64,000 bases of DNA from an uncultured Fusobacterium sp. (GCA_900542625.1 UQOH01000001.1:43255-107254); one strand, 5' to 3'. Counted from the stretch's first letter, positions 1 to 12,693 are shown. The notes: a model not told the origin generated them from the letters alone. Translations and numbers: made by a program.

Positions 1-92
1 GAGAAAAAAGCACTTGATAAAGAGCTTGAGGCTAAAATTACAGAGGCAATAAACGCATTCAAAAAGAATTTTAATTAAAAAGAGGTGAGAAC

Positions 93-944
93 ATGGCTGG
101 TTCTGGAGAAATAAAAACTAGAATAAAAAGCGTCCAGTCTACTCATCAGATTACAAAGGCTATGGAAATCATTTCCACAACAAAGTTTAAAAAATTTGCA
201 GGAATAGTTGCAAAATCAAGACCTTACTCTGAAAGCATACATGAAATATTAAGAAATATTGCAGCAGGAGTAAAGGCTGAAAAACATCCTCTTTTTGACG
301 GTAAAGATGAAGTTAAAAAAATAGGGGTTATTGTGATGACATCAGACAGAGGTCTTTGCGGAAGTTTTAACAGTAACACTCTTAAAAAGTTAAAAGAGTT
401 TGAAAATGAGCATGTTGGAAAAGAAGTCTCTGTAATAGCAATAGGTAAAAAAGGAAGAGATTACTGCGTAAAAAGAAATTACGACCTTAAAGCAGAATAT
501 GTACAGCTTATTCCTGAAACAATGTTTGAAAAAGCAAAAGAGATAAGTGAAAATATAGTAGAATATTACTATGCAGACATATTTGATGAGGTTTATGTAA
601 TTTACAATAAGTTTGTATCAGCTTTAAGATGCGATCTTACAGTAAAAAAACTTATCCCTATTGAAAGAGTAGAAACAGACACTAACACACCATATATATT
701 TGAACCTGATGCAGAAACAATTCTGTCAAGCTTACTTCCAAAGTACTTGAACATAGAGCTATATCAGGCAATACTAGACAACACAGCTAGTGAGCACTCA
801 TCTAGAAAAAATTCGATGAAGAATGCCACTGAAAACGCTGAAGAGATGATGAAAGAATTAAATCTTCAATACAACAGAGAAAGACAGGCTGCAATCACTC
901 AGGAAATCACTGAGATTGTCGGAGGAGCAGCTGCATTAAAATAA
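93..944 (+). CDS. atpG: F0F1 ATP synthase gamma subunit
   Basis: 283 aa. Gamma-subunit-like N-terminus ([25 protein letters not shown]). Immediately followed by beta and epsilon subunits. Confidence 0.9.
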   Translation: MAGSGEIKTRIKSVQSTHQITKAMEIISTTKFKKFAGIVAKSRPYSESIHEILRNIAAGVKAEKHPLFDGKDEVKKIGVIVMTSDRGLCGSFNSNTLKKLKEFENEHVGKEVSVIAIGKKGRDYCVKRNYDLKAEYVQLIPETMFEKAKEISENIVEYYYADIFDEVYVIYNKFVSALRCDLTVKKLIPIERVETDTNTPYIFEPDAETILSSLLPKYLNIELYQAILDNTASEHSSRKNSMKNATENAEEMMKELNLQYNRERQAAITQEITEIVGGAAALK

Positions 945-947
945 TAA

Positions 948-2363
<1,416 letters not shown>

Positions 2364-2365
2364 TT

Positions 2366-2773
2366 ATGGCGAACTTTAGACTTGAAATAGTTGGACCAGC
2401 AGGAAAAATTTATTCTAAAGATGTTGAGTTTGTTCTTGTAAGAACAACAGAAGGAGATATGGGAATACTTCCTAACCACTCACCTTTCGTTGCAGCTCTT
2501 GCAATAGGTGAGATGATGGTAAGAGAGGAAAAAGGAAAAGAGATTTCTTACTATGTTTCTGAAGGATTTTTAGAAATAAATAATAATAAGGTTATAATTT
2601 TGGCAGACGAGGCAATGCTTTCAACAGATATTGATATTGAGGCTGCCAGAAAAGAGGCTGCTCTTGCTGAAGAAAAACTGAAAAAACTGAGTGAGGATAA
2701 AACTATTCTTATGACACAAAAATCTTTACACGAAGCACTTGTAAAGATAAATATAGCAGAAAAATTGTTATAA
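2366..2773 (+). CDS. atpC: F0F1 ATP synthase epsilon subunit
   Basis: 135 aa, directly after atpD. Epsilon-like beta-sandwich N-terminus plus helical C-terminus. Confidence 0.85.
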   Translation: MANFRLEIVGPAGKIYSKDVEFVLVRTTEGDMGILPNHSPFVAALAIGEMMVREEKGKEISYYVSEGFLEINNNKVIILADEAMLSTDIDIEAARKEAALAEEKLKKLSEDKTILMTQKSLHEALVKINIAEKLL

Positions 2774-2783
2774 TAAAAAATAT

Positions 2784-2824
2784 AAACAGGATTGAGATTA
2801 TATAATTTCAGTCCTGTTTTTACT
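2784..2824. terminator. bidirectional rho-independent terminator (atp operon / tolC convergent)
   Basis: Stem aacagga...tcctgtt with T-runs on both strands, between the convergent atpC and the OMF gene. Confidence 0.6.
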
Positions 2825-2871
2825 TAATTAGGAAAGCATAGGTTTTTAAATTATATAAAAAATAAGAGATT

Positions 2872-4248
2872 TTATTTTTTATATAATTTTCCGCCCATAC
2901 TTTGGTAGATTTTATTTTCAGTTTGGATAAGCTGATATTTTGAATTTATAAGAGAAAGTTTTGAGTAAGCTTCATTGTTCAGAGAGGTAATCCAGTCTTT
3001 CAGTTCAACTTTTCCATAATTATATTTGTTTTCATAATTTTGGGCTATGATTTTGTCATACTCATAAACTTTTGTCAAATTATCAAAGTTGTCTTTTTCT
3101 TTTGTGTAAAGAAAATAGTTATAGTCAATCTCATTTAAAGCTGTTGTTATTCCTTGTTCAAAATTTTCTTTTGCTTCTTCGTATTGGGCTCTGCTTATTT
3201 TAACATTCCATTTTATTTCATTCCAGTTAAGAAACGGCAGATTTATGCTGATAGAACCAAATCCAAGAGGAGTATTAAAAGTATCTTTTATTTTTTCATC
3301 CTGTGAACTTATACTGGAGCTTAAAGTAATGTTTGGGTATAACTGTTTTTCATCGGCTTCTGCATCTTTAAAAGAACTTTTCAGTCTGTATTCGTAGGCT
3401 TTTATATCAGGACGGTTTCCTATAACACTTACAGGAATGTTCATATCAACACCGATATTTTTAACATCAAGAATATTTTTTGAGCTGATTTCAAGTTTCT
3501 CATCAGGTTTTAAATTTAAAAGATTTCTTAAAAGAATTTCCTGTTCTTTTTTCTGTTTTTCATAATTAATCAAATCATTTCTGCTTTTTATAACTTCTCT
3601 TTCAGCTTCATTTTTTTCAAGAATATCAGCAGTACCGTATTTTAATTTGCTTGAAACAATTTCATCTATTTTTATATAAGAGTTTACAACTTTTTTACTT
3701 ATGTCAATATAATTGTCAAGATACATAACAGCAAAATATGTATTTATAATATTATTTATAAGAGTAAGTTTTGCAGTTTCATAATCTTCAACAGTTGCTT
3801 TATACTCCCATTCTTTTGCAGTTTTAGCATCAGTCATTCTCTGCCAAAGGTCAATTTCATAGCTGATATTAAAATTACCGCTGTGATTTACAGTGGAAGT
3901 TCCTCCTGTTTTAATATTTTTTGAAGCAGAAGAATCGAAACTGCTGCTGAACTGAGGAAGCAGATCAGCTCCAATCAGATTAGCTTGATACAAAGCCTGG
4001 TTAATATTTATTGCAGATTTAATAAGGTCTTTATTGTTGGCAAGACCTCTCTCAATCAGAGCATTAAGTGTTTTATCATTATATTCAAACCACCACTGAT
4101 TTTCAATCAGATAGTTTTGTGAAACAGTTTTATACACTGTTGTTTCATTTGAAATTTTATTATAGTCTTTTTCAAGACTGCTGCATCCGGTTATTAAAAT
4201 AGTTGTTAAAATTAAAAATATTGTTTTTGATTTCATATTTTCCCTCAC
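2872..4248 (-). CDS. efflux outer membrane factor lipoprotein, TolC family
   Basis: 458 aa with a lipoprotein signal (…ILITGCSS). OEP/TolC-like coiled repeats. Last gene of the macAB-like operon. Confidence 0.8.
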   Translation of the reverse strand: MRENMKSKTIFLILTTILITGCSSLEKDYNKISNETTVYKTVSQNYLIENQWWFEYNDKTLNALIERGLANNKDLIKSAININQALYQANLIGADLLPQFSSSFDSSASKNIKTGGTSTVNHSGNFNISYEIDLWQRMTDAKTAKEWEYKATVEDYETAKLTLINNIINTYFAVMYLDNYIDISKKVVNSYIKIDEIVSSKLKYGTADILEKNEAEREVIKSRNDLINYEKQKKEQEILLRNLLNLKPDEKLEISSKNILDVKNIGVDMNIPVSVIGNRPDIKAYEYRLKSSFKDAEADEKQLYPNITLSSSISSQDEKIKDTFNTPLGFGSISINLPFLNWNEIKWNVKISRAQYEEAKENFEQGITTALNEIDYNYFLYTKEKDNFDNLTKVYEYDKIIAQNYENKYNYGKVELKDWITSLNNEAYSKLSLINSKYQLIQTENKIYQSMGGKLYKK

Positions 4249-4260
4249 TAAATATATGAA

Positions 4261-6207
4261 TTATTCTCTTGAAAGAGCATTTATTGGATCAAGCTCAGAA
4301 GCGTTTCTTGCAGGTATATAGCCGAATATAATTCCTATTATCGTAGAACACAGAACTGCTGCGGTAATAGAAAAAGTTGAAAATATCATTGAAAAATTAC
4401 TTGTAAGAGTATTAAATAAAAGTCCCAGGGATACAGAGATAAACACTCCGAGAACTCCTCCAATAAGACATATTAAAACAGCTTCGATTAAAAACTGTTG
4501 AAGAATATTTATCTGTCTTGCACCTATCGCCATTCTTATTCCAATCTCTTTTGTTCTTTCTGTAACTGATACCAGCATAATATTCATAACTCCGATACCT
4601 CCTACAACAAGAGATATACATGCAATACATGAGATAAGCAGTTTCATTGTATTTGTTGTGCTTTCAATAGTTTTCTTCAGTGTGTCAGTATTCATAATAA
4701 AGAAATCTTTTTCTCCGTGTCTGACTGTAAGAATATTTGTAACATTTTTTTCAGCCAATTGCATATCAGTATCATTTTTTATTCTTAAAGTAATGGAATT
4801 TATATGAGCATCACCTGTTATTTTATACATGGCTGTTGTATATGGAGAATAAAGAACAAGGTCGCTGCTGTTCATAGACATATTATTTTTTGTAACAACA
4901 GTTCCAATAATTTTTAGAGGTCTTCTATTGTATATAATAATTTGTCCTATGGGATTTTCTTCATTGAAAAGCTGTTCTTTTGTATTTTCATCTATAAGCA
5001 CAACCTGGTTGTTAGTTTCAATGTCATCTTTTGAAAGTCCTCTTCCTGAATCAATAGTCAGTCCTTTTACATCAAAATATTCCTCTCCCACACCTCTCAG
5101 GCTTGCTGTAAGAGAGTTGCTTTTATAGATAAGAGTACCGCTGCTGCTTATATTTGGAGTGGCACTTTCAATATAAAACTGTTTTTTTAGAAAATCTACA
5201 TCATTTATTGTAAGATTTTTCTGTTTGTCGGCATTTCTGTCTCCTCTTCCTTTACCATTATAAATATCAAGGGTATTCGTTCCAAGAGAACTTATATTTT
5301 CGAGTATTTTCTGCTGAGAACCATTTCCCAGAGCTACAACACATATAATAGATGCTATTCCGATTATAATTCCAAGCATAGTAAGCAGTGAACGAAGCTT
5401 ATGAGTTATAATTGCATTTATAGACATTTTTAATGATTCTGTTATCTGAGCTTTATAAAATTTAAATTTTCCAGCTTTATGCACCTCTTTGGATTTTATT
5501 TGAGAACCTGAAGATATATGAATATTTTTGACAGTATCATTAAAAATTTCTCCATCTTTTATTTCAATAATTCTGTCAGCATATTCAGCTATATACTTGT
5601 CATGAGTGACAAGAATAATAGTATGGCCCTCTTTGTGAAGATTTGTAAGAATTTCCATTACCATATTTCCGCTTTTTGAGTCCAAAGCTCCTGTAGGTTC
5701 ATCTGCGAGGATGATTTCTCCTCCATTCATAAGGGCTCTTGCTATTGAAACTCTCTGCTGCTGTCCTCCTGAAAGCTGGTTAGGTTTATTTTTTGTTCTG
5801 TCGTTCAATCCAAGTTTATTAAGAAGTTCAAGGGCCCTTTTGTTTCTGTCTTCTTCGCTGATTCCTGCGTATATAGCGGGGAGAGCTGTGTTTTCCTGAG
5901 CAGTAAGAGTAGAAATAAGATTATATCTCTGAAAAATAAAACCAAATTTCTGCTGTCTCAGTTTTGAAAGCTCATCTTTTGTAAAATTACTTATCTCTTT
6001 TCCGCTTGTTTTATATGAACCGTCTGTGGCTCTGTCAAGACATCCTATAATATTCATAAGAGTTGATTTTCCTGAACCGGATTGTCCTATAATTGCAACA
6101 AATTCTCCCTTTTTTATTTCAAGAGAGATATTTTTAAGGATGTGTACTCTATTTTCTCCTTCACCGAAGTATTTATTAATATTGTTAATTTCTATAATTT
6201 TATTCAT
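4261..6207 (-). CDS. macB: MacB-type ABC transporter, fused ATPase and FtsX permease
   Basis: 648 aa. N-terminal ABC ATPase ([28 protein letters not shown]) and C-terminal FtsX-type 4-TM permease. Confidence 0.85.
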   Translation of the reverse strand: MNKIIEINNINKYFGEGENRVHILKNISLEIKKGEFVAIIGQSGSGKSTLMNIIGCLDRATDGSYKTSGKEISNFTKDELSKLRQQKFGFIFQRYNLISTLTAQENTALPAIYAGISEEDRNKRALELLNKLGLNDRTKNKPNQLSGGQQQRVSIARALMNGGEIILADEPTGALDSKSGNMVMEILTNLHKEGHTIILVTHDKYIAEYADRIIEIKDGEIFNDTVKNIHISSGSQIKSKEVHKAGKFKFYKAQITESLKMSINAIITHKLRSLLTMLGIIIGIASIICVVALGNGSQQKILENISSLGTNTLDIYNGKGRGDRNADKQKNLTINDVDFLKKQFYIESATPNISSSGTLIYKSNSLTASLRGVGEEYFDVKGLTIDSGRGLSKDDIETNNQVVLIDENTKEQLFNEENPIGQIIIYNRRPLKIIGTVVTKNNMSMNSSDLVLYSPYTTAMYKITGDAHINSITLRIKNDTDMQLAEKNVTNILTVRHGEKDFFIMNTDTLKKTIESTTNTMKLLISCIACISLVVGGIGVMNIMLVSVTERTKEIGIRMAIGARQINILQQFLIEAVLICLIGGVLGVFISVSLGLLFNTLTSNFSMIFSTFSITAAVLCSTIIGIIFGYIPARNASELDPINALSRE

Positions 6208-6217
6208 TTTTTCCTCC

Positions 6218-7393
6218 TTAAAATCTTGGAGGTCTTGAAGAACTGTTTACTTCACCGTTTTTTATATTATTGATGATAACTTTTTCTCCTTCCTGAAGTC
6301 CTTTTATAACTTCAGTATTAAAGTTATCACTGATTCCAACCTCTATAATTTTTTCAGTGCTTGTATTTTTGCTGTCCAATACATTTACATAATATCTGTC
6401 TCCCTTTTTATGAAGAGCAAGAGTGGGAATAACAAGAACATCATGGGCTTCTGCTACTTTAATAGTGCTTGTAGCAGTCATTCCTATTCTTAAAAGTCCG
6501 TCATCATTATCGACTATAACATTTGCATAGTAGTAAACAGCATCAGTGCTGCTTGCAGACTCTTCATATTCATTATCAGTAAGAGTTGTTGTAGCAGGAT
6601 CAATTGAATTTATTTTTGCTTTGTATATTTTTTCAGGTGCAGATAAAATAGTAAACTCAACATTCTGTCCCTCTTTCAGTTTTGTAATATCTCCTTCAGA
6701 AATTTCAGGTTTAATAAGCATTTTTTTTAGATCGGCAACCTGAACAATAGTAGGTGCTGTCTGGGCACTGTTTACTGTTTGTCCTTCAGATACGGGAACA
6801 GAGATAATTACTCCATCGATAGGAGATGTAATTGTAGTGTATGAAAGATTTGTCTCAGCGGTTTTCACATCTATTTCAGCCTGTTTTATAAGCTCCTCAG
6901 TTTCTTTTACGCTGCTTTGGGCAGAATAATATTCCTGCTTTGCAGTTTCATAATCATCCTGTGAAATAGATTTTACTTTAAAAAGATTTTCTGCTCTTTT
7001 AAATTTGGAAAGGCTTACTTCTAAGTCTATTTTTCTGCTTTCAAGCTGTGTTTCATAAGATGAAAGCTGTGATTTGGCTTTTTCAAGATTATCTTCCTGA
7101 GTTTTGGAATCAATATTTGCAATAAGATCTCCCTTTCTAACTTCCTGTCCAAGAACAACATTGATATTTATAATTTTTCCACTTACCTGTGCCCCGACTT
7201 CAACACGGTTATTGCTTCTTACAGTTCCTGTTGCTATAACAGTCTGCTCAATACTTCCCTTTCTTACATCCTCTGTAAGATATATAATATTATCTTTTTT
7301 TCCGGCTGCTCTGGCAAAAAGAAGAAAAACAGTTCCAATAATAACAATCAGGATTATAATTTTCTTTTTATTGATTTTTAATGTCATACTCAT
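6218..7393 (-). CDS. macA: efflux RND/HlyD-family periplasmic adaptor (MacA-like)
   Basis: 391 aa. N-terminal TM anchor, coiled-coil hairpin and beta-barrel adaptor architecture. Located upstream of macB. Confidence 0.8.
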   Translation of the reverse strand: MSMTLKINKKKIIILIVIIGTVFLLFARAAGKKDNIIYLTEDVRKGSIEQTVIATGTVRSNNRVEVGAQVSGKIININVVLGQEVRKGDLIANIDSKTQEDNLEKAKSQLSSYETQLESRKIDLEVSLSKFKRAENLFKVKSISQDDYETAKQEYYSAQSSVKETEELIKQAEIDVKTAETNLSYTTITSPIDGVIISVPVSEGQTVNSAQTAPTIVQVADLKKMLIKPEISEGDITKLKEGQNVEFTILSAPEKIYKAKINSIDPATTTLTDNEYEESASSTDAVYYYANVIVDNDDGLLRIGMTATSTIKVAEAHDVLVIPTLALHKKGDRYYVNVLDSKNTSTEKIIEVGISDNFNTEVIKGLQEGEKVIINNIKNGEVNSSSRPPRF

Positions 7394-7704
7394 GCTCTCC
7401 TCATATAGTATTTGTACTTATAACTATAAATAAATTTGTTGTCAGTTTTATGTCAAAATTTTATAAAATAATTTTCCTTATAAAATATTTTGATAATATA
7501 AATATACAACTTATATTTTACTTATTTTTTTTAAAATATCAAGGTTTTATTAAAAAATTGTCAAAAAAATTTCTTGGTACAGCTTATAAAACTGATGATT
7601 TCTGTAGTTTTAGCATCATAGGAATTATCAGTTTTTTTCGTTGTAGATTATTCTTTGGTGTGGTATCATAAATATGAAGCCTGTAATATATGGAGGTAAT
7701 ATTA

Positions 7705-9561
7705 ATGAAAAAAAAGATTGCTATAAACAGAACAGCAGCTTTAATTATACTGTTTGTTTCAGTATTTTTCAGTGTATTTTCTGCACCGTCATATAAGATT
7801 GATGACTTAAAAATTTTGGCAGAAATACAGAAAAACGGTAGTGTGAACATAACGGAAATAGTCCTTTATGATGCTTCCAGTATTAATGGAATTTTGTATA
7901 ATATTGACAGCAAAGGATATGGAGAACTTGAAAATCTTCAGGTTTTTTATGAGAAAAACGGAGAATTTTACCCTGCTGTAAAACAGCGTGGAACAGAAAC
8001 AGGAAACTATACAGTAACAGAAGATGATGAGTTGTACAAAGTAAAACTTTATTATCCTTTGAGAAATACAGAGAAATATTTTGCTTTCAGATACACACTT
8101 CCTCAGGGAGTTTCGGTTTACAAAGATACGGCTCAGTTTAACAGAAAGATGGTTGGAAGAAACTGGCAGAACAGTATCAGGAATGTAGAAGTGACAGTAC
8201 AGCTTCCAAAAGAAACAGACAAGGAAAATATTTATGCTTTCGGGCATGGACCTCTTACAGGGAATATAGAGATATTAAACGGAAGAGAGATAAAATATAC
8301 TTTAAAAAATTATTATCCTGGAGAGTTTGTAGAAACGAATATTCTTTTTCCAAAAGAGATGGTATCAGGAATAAATAAAAAGTATATAAAGAACTATAAA
8401 GCTTTTGATGATATTATGGCTATGGAAAAAAATCTTGCTGATGAGGCTAATGCTGAAAGAGACAGAGCAGCAAGAATAATGGCAGCCAAAGGATTTGTAT
8501 TTGCTGCTTTAGCAGGATGGATAATTTTTGTAGCAGGTTTTGTATATGTAAAAAATGGAAAAAAATATAAAGTAAAAGCTCCTTATGGAGAATATTTCAG
8601 AGAACTTCCTGATAATTATACTCCTGCAGCAGCGGGAGCTGCGGTATTCAGAAACACAATAAAACCAGAGCATCTTCTGGCAACAGTTATGGATTTGGTA
8701 AGAAGAGATTTCTTGGAAATGTCAGAGGAAGAAACAACAAATTCAAGAGGAAAAGCAGTTATGCAGACTGTTCTTAGAAAGACAGATATGGATATTTCTG
8801 AGCTTAAAGATTATGAAAAATTTGTATTGAAGTGGTATATAGATGAACTTGGAGATGGAACAGAAGTTGTTATGGAAGATGTGGAGAGATATATCTCAAC
8901 CAAAAAAGATGCAAAGAGGTTCTATTCTAAATATCAGACTTGGTATAAACAGGTAAGCAGAGAATTAAAAGTTTTGGGAATAGAAAATGATAAAAAGAAA
9001 AAGTTTCCGGTATTCTTAGGGATAGCAACAGGTTTTCTTTCATTTATATCAGGACCTGCTCTTCTGGGATATTTTAATGACGGCAGATTTATAATTTTTA
9101 CTTTTCTGGCTATGCCTTTAATAATTTTTACTGTTACAAGAAAAAGACTTTCTCTTGCAGCAGAAGAGGCTTATGCAAGATGGAATGCTTTTAAAAAGTT
9201 TCTTGTAGATTACAGTAATCTTGAAGAAGCGAAACTTGCGTCGATTCATCTTTGGGAGCATTATTTTGTATATGCAATAGCTTTGGGAGTAGCGGAAAAA
9301 GTAGCTAAAGGATATAAAAAAATAAGAGGAATGTCAGAGAATGATGAACTTGTTGGAAGATATAACAGACATTCTTTGATGAATGCTTACATGTACAGCA
9401 CAGCTTTCCGTTCTATTGAAAGATCAACAGTAGATGTTGTAAACCGTTCTATGAGAGAAGTGGCAAAATCTAACAGATCTTCTTCAAGCGGAAGAGGCGG
9501 AGGATTCAGCGGAGGTTCTTCCGGCGGCGGCGGAGGCCGTGGAGGCGGAGGTGCCTTTTAA
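7705..9561 (+). CDS. DUF2207-family membrane protein with C-terminal Gly-rich tail
   Basis: The ORF track starts at 7690. GGAGG is at 7692-7696, so the ATG at 7705 is preferred. Signal peptide, a large ectodomain, TM helices, and a C-terminal SSSSGRGGGFSGGSSGGGGGRGGGGAF tail. Located upstream of LemA. Confidence 0.7.
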   Translation: MKKKIAINRTAALIILFVSVFFSVFSAPSYKIDDLKILAEIQKNGSVNITEIVLYDASSINGILYNIDSKGYGELENLQVFYEKNGEFYPAVKQRGTETGNYTVTEDDELYKVKLYYPLRNTEKYFAFRYTLPQGVSVYKDTAQFNRKMVGRNWQNSIRNVEVTVQLPKETDKENIYAFGHGPLTGNIEILNGREIKYTLKNYYPGEFVETNILFPKEMVSGINKKYIKNYKAFDDIMAMEKNLADEANAERDRAARIMAAKGFVFAALAGWIIFVAGFVYVKNGKKYKVKAPYGEYFRELPDNYTPAAAGAAVFRNTIKPEHLLATVMDLVRRDFLEMSEEETTNSRGKAVMQTVLRKTDMDISELKDYEKFVLKWYIDELGDGTEVVMEDVERYISTKKDAKRFYSKYQTWYKQVSRELKVLGIENDKKKKFPVFLGIATGFLSFISGPALLGYFNDGRFIIFTFLAMPLIIFTVTRKRLSLAAEEAYARWNAFKKFLVDYSNLEEAKLASIHLWEHYFVYAIALGVAEKVAKGYKKIRGMSENDELVGRYNRHSLMNAYMYSTAFRSIERSTVDVVNRSMREVAKSNRSSSSGRGGGFSGGSSGGGGGRGGGGAF

Positions 9562-9585
9562 GAGTATAAAATAAAAAATAAGGAG

Positions 9586-10146
9586 ATGAGGAATGTGATA
9601 AGTATAATGATATTAGGTGGTGTAATTGTTTTTATAATAGCAGTCACTATTGTTTATCAAAATAAATTTGTTACACTTCATGAAAGAGTAAAAAATTCAT
9701 GGAGTCAGATAGATGTTCAATTACAAAAGAGAATAGATTTAATTCCAAATCTGGTTGAAACTGTAAAAGGATATGCAGCTCATGAAAAAGAAACACTTGA
9801 CGCTGTTATTTCAGCAAGAAACCGTTATATAAAAACATCTGATATTGATGAAAAAATGAAAATAAATGGAGAAGTAAGCGGACTTTTAGGAAGACTTATG
9901 GCAGTTTCAGAAAGTTATCCTGATTTAAAAGCAAATGTAAATTTTCTTGATTTACAGAAACAGCTGAAAGATATAGAGGATAAAATAGGATATGCACGTC
10001 AGTTTTATAACGATACTGTTACAGCATATAATCAGGCTATAAAAATGATTCCGGGAAATATTTTTGCAGGAATATTCCGTTTTACAGAGGAAAAATTATT
10101 TGTTGCTGATGAGGGAGCAAAAGAGGCTCCTAAGGTGAAATTTTAA
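9586..10146 (+). CDS. lemA: LemA family protein
   Basis: 186 aa with an N-terminal TM helix and the conserved LemA core (…WSQIDVQLQKRIDLIPNLVETVKGYAAHEKETL…). Confidence 0.85.
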   Translation: MRNVISIMILGGVIVFIIAVTIVYQNKFVTLHERVKNSWSQIDVQLQKRIDLIPNLVETVKGYAAHEKETLDAVISARNRYIKTSDIDEKMKINGEVSGLLGRLMAVSESYPDLKANVNFLDLQKQLKDIEDKIGYARQFYNDTVTAYNQAIKMIPGNIFAGIFRFTEEKLFVADEGAKEAPKVKF

Positions 10147-10238
10147 GTACTGATTAGAAATACAAATAAAAAAAATTAACATAAACTTAAATATGTGCTA
10201 CAATAAGACTTAAAATTAATTAAAAAAGAGGTGTACCA

Positions 10239-10958
10239 GTGGAAGAAGTAAAAAAATCTGGTAAATTGTTAACAAGGACAGTTGAAAAGAAAATTATAAA
10301 AATAATTAAGGACAATCATATGCAGCCTGGAGATAAACTTAAAAATGAGTACGACTTAGCAAAATTATTAGATGTCAGCCGTGGAACAGTAAGAGAGGCT
10401 ATTAAAAGTTTAGTTTCAAGAAATATTTTAGAAGTACGTCAAGGTTCAGGGACTTTTGTATCTAATAAAAATGGAATTCCTGAAGATCCTTTAGGTTTAA
10501 CTTTTATAGCAGATATTAAAGAGGATAAAGATGTTGCTCTGGATTTACTTGACATTCGTCTTATGCTTGAGCCTGAAATAGCAGCTATGGCAGCGGTAAA
10601 AGGAACGGCTAAGCAAATAAAAACAATGCTGGCACAATGTAAAATAGTTGAAGAACTTATAGAAAGAGGAGAAGACTACAGAGAGGCAGATATATTGTTT
10701 CATAAAAGAATAGCTCAGTGCAGTGGAAACAGAGTGATGGAAAATCTCATCCCTATAATAAACTCATCTGTTTCATTAACAATAAATTTAACAGAAGATG
10801 TTTTTAGACAAAATACATATATGGAACATAGAGCAGTAGCAGAAGCAATAGCTTCTGGAGATAGCTTGGGAGCCAAATGCGCAATGATAGTTCATTTAAA
10901 TACAAATAGAAGAGGAATTGAGAAGAATTTTTCTGAGAAATATAAAAAAGATGTATAG
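10239..10958 (+). CDS. GntR-family (FadR/FCD-type) transcriptional regulator
   Basis: 239 aa, GTG start with RBS AAGAGGTG. N-terminal GntR wHTH (…LAKLLDVSRGTVREAIKSL…) and a C-terminal all-helical FCD-like domain. Divergent or adjacent to the TRAP sugar-acid locus. Confidence 0.8.
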   Translation: MEEVKKSGKLLTRTVEKKIIKIIKDNHMQPGDKLKNEYDLAKLLDVSRGTVREAIKSLVSRNILEVRQGSGTFVSNKNGIPEDPLGLTFIADIKEDKDVALDLLDIRLMLEPEIAAMAAVKGTAKQIKTMLAQCKIVEELIERGEDYREADILFHKRIAQCSGNRVMENLIPIINSSVSLTINLTEDVFRQNTYMEHRAVAEAIASGDSLGAKCAMIVHLNTNRRGIEKNFSEKYKKDV

Positions 10959-10987
10959 GCAGCTGTATCAGCTGCCTATATTTTTTA
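10957..10987. terminator. terminator hairpin shared by convergent GntR and HIT genes
   Basis: aggcagctg-tat-cagctgcct followed by a T-run. Overlaps the HIT gene stop. Confidence 0.5.
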
Positions 10988-11402
10988 GTCTTTCATAAAT
11001 TAAAGTTATGTATTTTTCATAATCAATATCAGATAGAAATTTTTTATTAATATCATCTGTAAACGGTTTTCCCCATTGAAGTTCATCTTTTTTCTTTGGA
11101 ACTAAATGTACATGAAAGTGAGGAACCAGATCTCCGTAAACAGCATAATTTATTTTGTCAGCTTTGAATAACTCGCTTATAATACTACTTACTTTTGAAA
11201 CAATTTTCATAAATCTATTTAACTTTTCTTCCGGTATTTGAAACATTTCAGTATAGTGTTCATCTAAAGTAACTACACATCTTCCAAGATGTTTTTGATC
11301 TTTGAAAAAATAGATATCAGCACAGTCAATAGAACATATCTTTATCATAAGTTTATCAATCTTAACAGCTTTAGTACAATAAAAACAATCTTTTGATTTC
11401 AT
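10968..11402 (-). CDS. HIT (histidine triad) family protein
   Basis: 144 aa with the HIT motif HFHVHLVP and N-terminal Cys pairs. Confidence 0.8.
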   Translation of the reverse strand: MKSKDCFYCTKAVKIDKLMIKICSIDCADIYFFKDQKHLGRCVVTLDEHYTEMFQIPEEKLNRFMKIVSKVSSIISELFKADKINYAVYGDLVPHFHVHLVPKKKDELQWGKPFTDDINKKFLSDIDYEKYITLIYERLKNIGS

Positions 11403-11554
11403 AAAATCATCTCTTTTTAAAATTTGTCATACCTCTATTTTAATTGTATGATGAATTTGTGTCAATGATAATATATTTTCCAGTCCTTTAAACACTGAAT
11501 TAAGGCTATTTATAAACTTAAAAAACTTTTTTAAAACATATTATAAAAAAATTG

Positions 11555-11583
11555 TTGACATAAACGAGTTAAAGTTGTATGAT
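11555..11583 (+). promoter_or_regulatory. sigma70-like promoter for the TRAP operon (TTGACA-17-TATGAT)
   Basis: Near-consensus -35 and -10 hexamers with a 17-nt spacer, ~95 nt upstream of the dctP ATG. Confidence 0.45.
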
Positions 11584-11676
11584 CATTATATAAAACATCG
11601 GACAACTTTAAAAAGCGATTATAAAAAGATTATATTGATACAAAGTATAATCTTTGAAATTATAAGGAGGAGAGGT

Positions 11677-12684
11677 ATGAATTTAAAGAAAATTTTATTA
11701 TCAGCGGCAATAATAACTAGTATGGTAGCTTTTACAGGGTGCGGGGGAAAAGAACAAGCAAAAACAGAAGGACCAGTAACATTTAAGTTATCTTTAGTAG
11801 ACCCTGAATCTTCAAACTTTGCTAAAGGAGCAAACAAAATAGCAGAAGAAGTAGAAGCAGCAACTAATGGAAAAATAAAAATAGATGTATATGCAGGAGG
11901 TTCTCTTGGAGGAGAACGTGACACAGTAGAATTAGCTATGGGAAATAACCTTGATATAGCCACAGCAGCTAACTCAGTTTTAACAAACTTCATTCCTGAA
12001 ATGGGAATTTTAGATCAGCCTTATCTTTGGGCTAATTCTGATGAAGCACATGCAGCAGTAGACGGACCAGTTGGAGATTTAGTAAAAAGAGAAGCTTTAA
12101 AACATGGATTACATGTAATTGGATTTATGGAATCTGGATACAGAAATACATTCTCAACTAAACCTATAAAAACTATGGAAGATTTTAAAGGTGTAACTAT
12201 TCGTACTATGGAAAATAAATATCACCAAGCAGCTTTTGAAGCATTTGGTGCTATGCCGATAGCAATGTCATATAATGATGTATTTACAGCTCTTCAACAA
12301 AAAACTATAGATGCAGCAGAAAATGCAACTGCTAACTGTTTAGCATCAGGATATTATGAAGTTACTAAATTTATAACTAACAGTCAACATGCTTATGTGT
12401 ATATTGTTCTTTGTATGTCTGACGCAGCTTGGAAAAAAATTCCTGAAGATTTACAAAAACCATTCTTAGAAGCAGTTCAAAGAGGAGTAGAAGCTCAAAG
12501 ACAATATTTAGTAGATGCTAATAATCAAGCAACTGAAGAATTAAAAGCTAAAGGTGTAACATTCTTTGATATAGATATAGCTCCATTACAAGCAGTATAC
12601 AAAGCAAAAGCAATTGAAAAAGGATTCACATTTGACAAAGAATGGGAAGAAGCAGTTCAACAAGCAATTCAAAGTGTAAAATAA
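11677..12684 (+). CDS. dctP: TRAP transporter substrate-binding protein (DctP family), lipoprotein
   Basis: The ORF track starts at 11575. The internal ATG at 11677 follows AGGAGG and begins the lipoprotein signal MNLKKILLSAAIITSMVAFTGCGG. DctP-fold SBP of about 335 aa. Confidence 0.85.
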   Translation: MNLKKILLSAAIITSMVAFTGCGGKEQAKTEGPVTFKLSLVDPESSNFAKGANKIAEEVEAATNGKIKIDVYAGGSLGGERDTVELAMGNNLDIATAANSVLTNFIPEMGILDQPYLWANSDEAHAAVDGPVGDLVKREALKHGLHVIGFMESGYRNTFSTKPIKTMEDFKGVTIRTMENKYHQAAFEAFGAMPIAMSYNDVFTALQQKTIDAAENATANCLASGYYEVTKFITNSQHAYVYIVLCMSDAAWKKIPEDLQKPFLEAVQRGVEAQRQYLVDANNQATEELKAKGVTFFDIDIAPLQAVYKAKAIEKGFTFDKEWEEAVQQAIQSVK

Positions 12685-12693
12685 AAAAAATTA

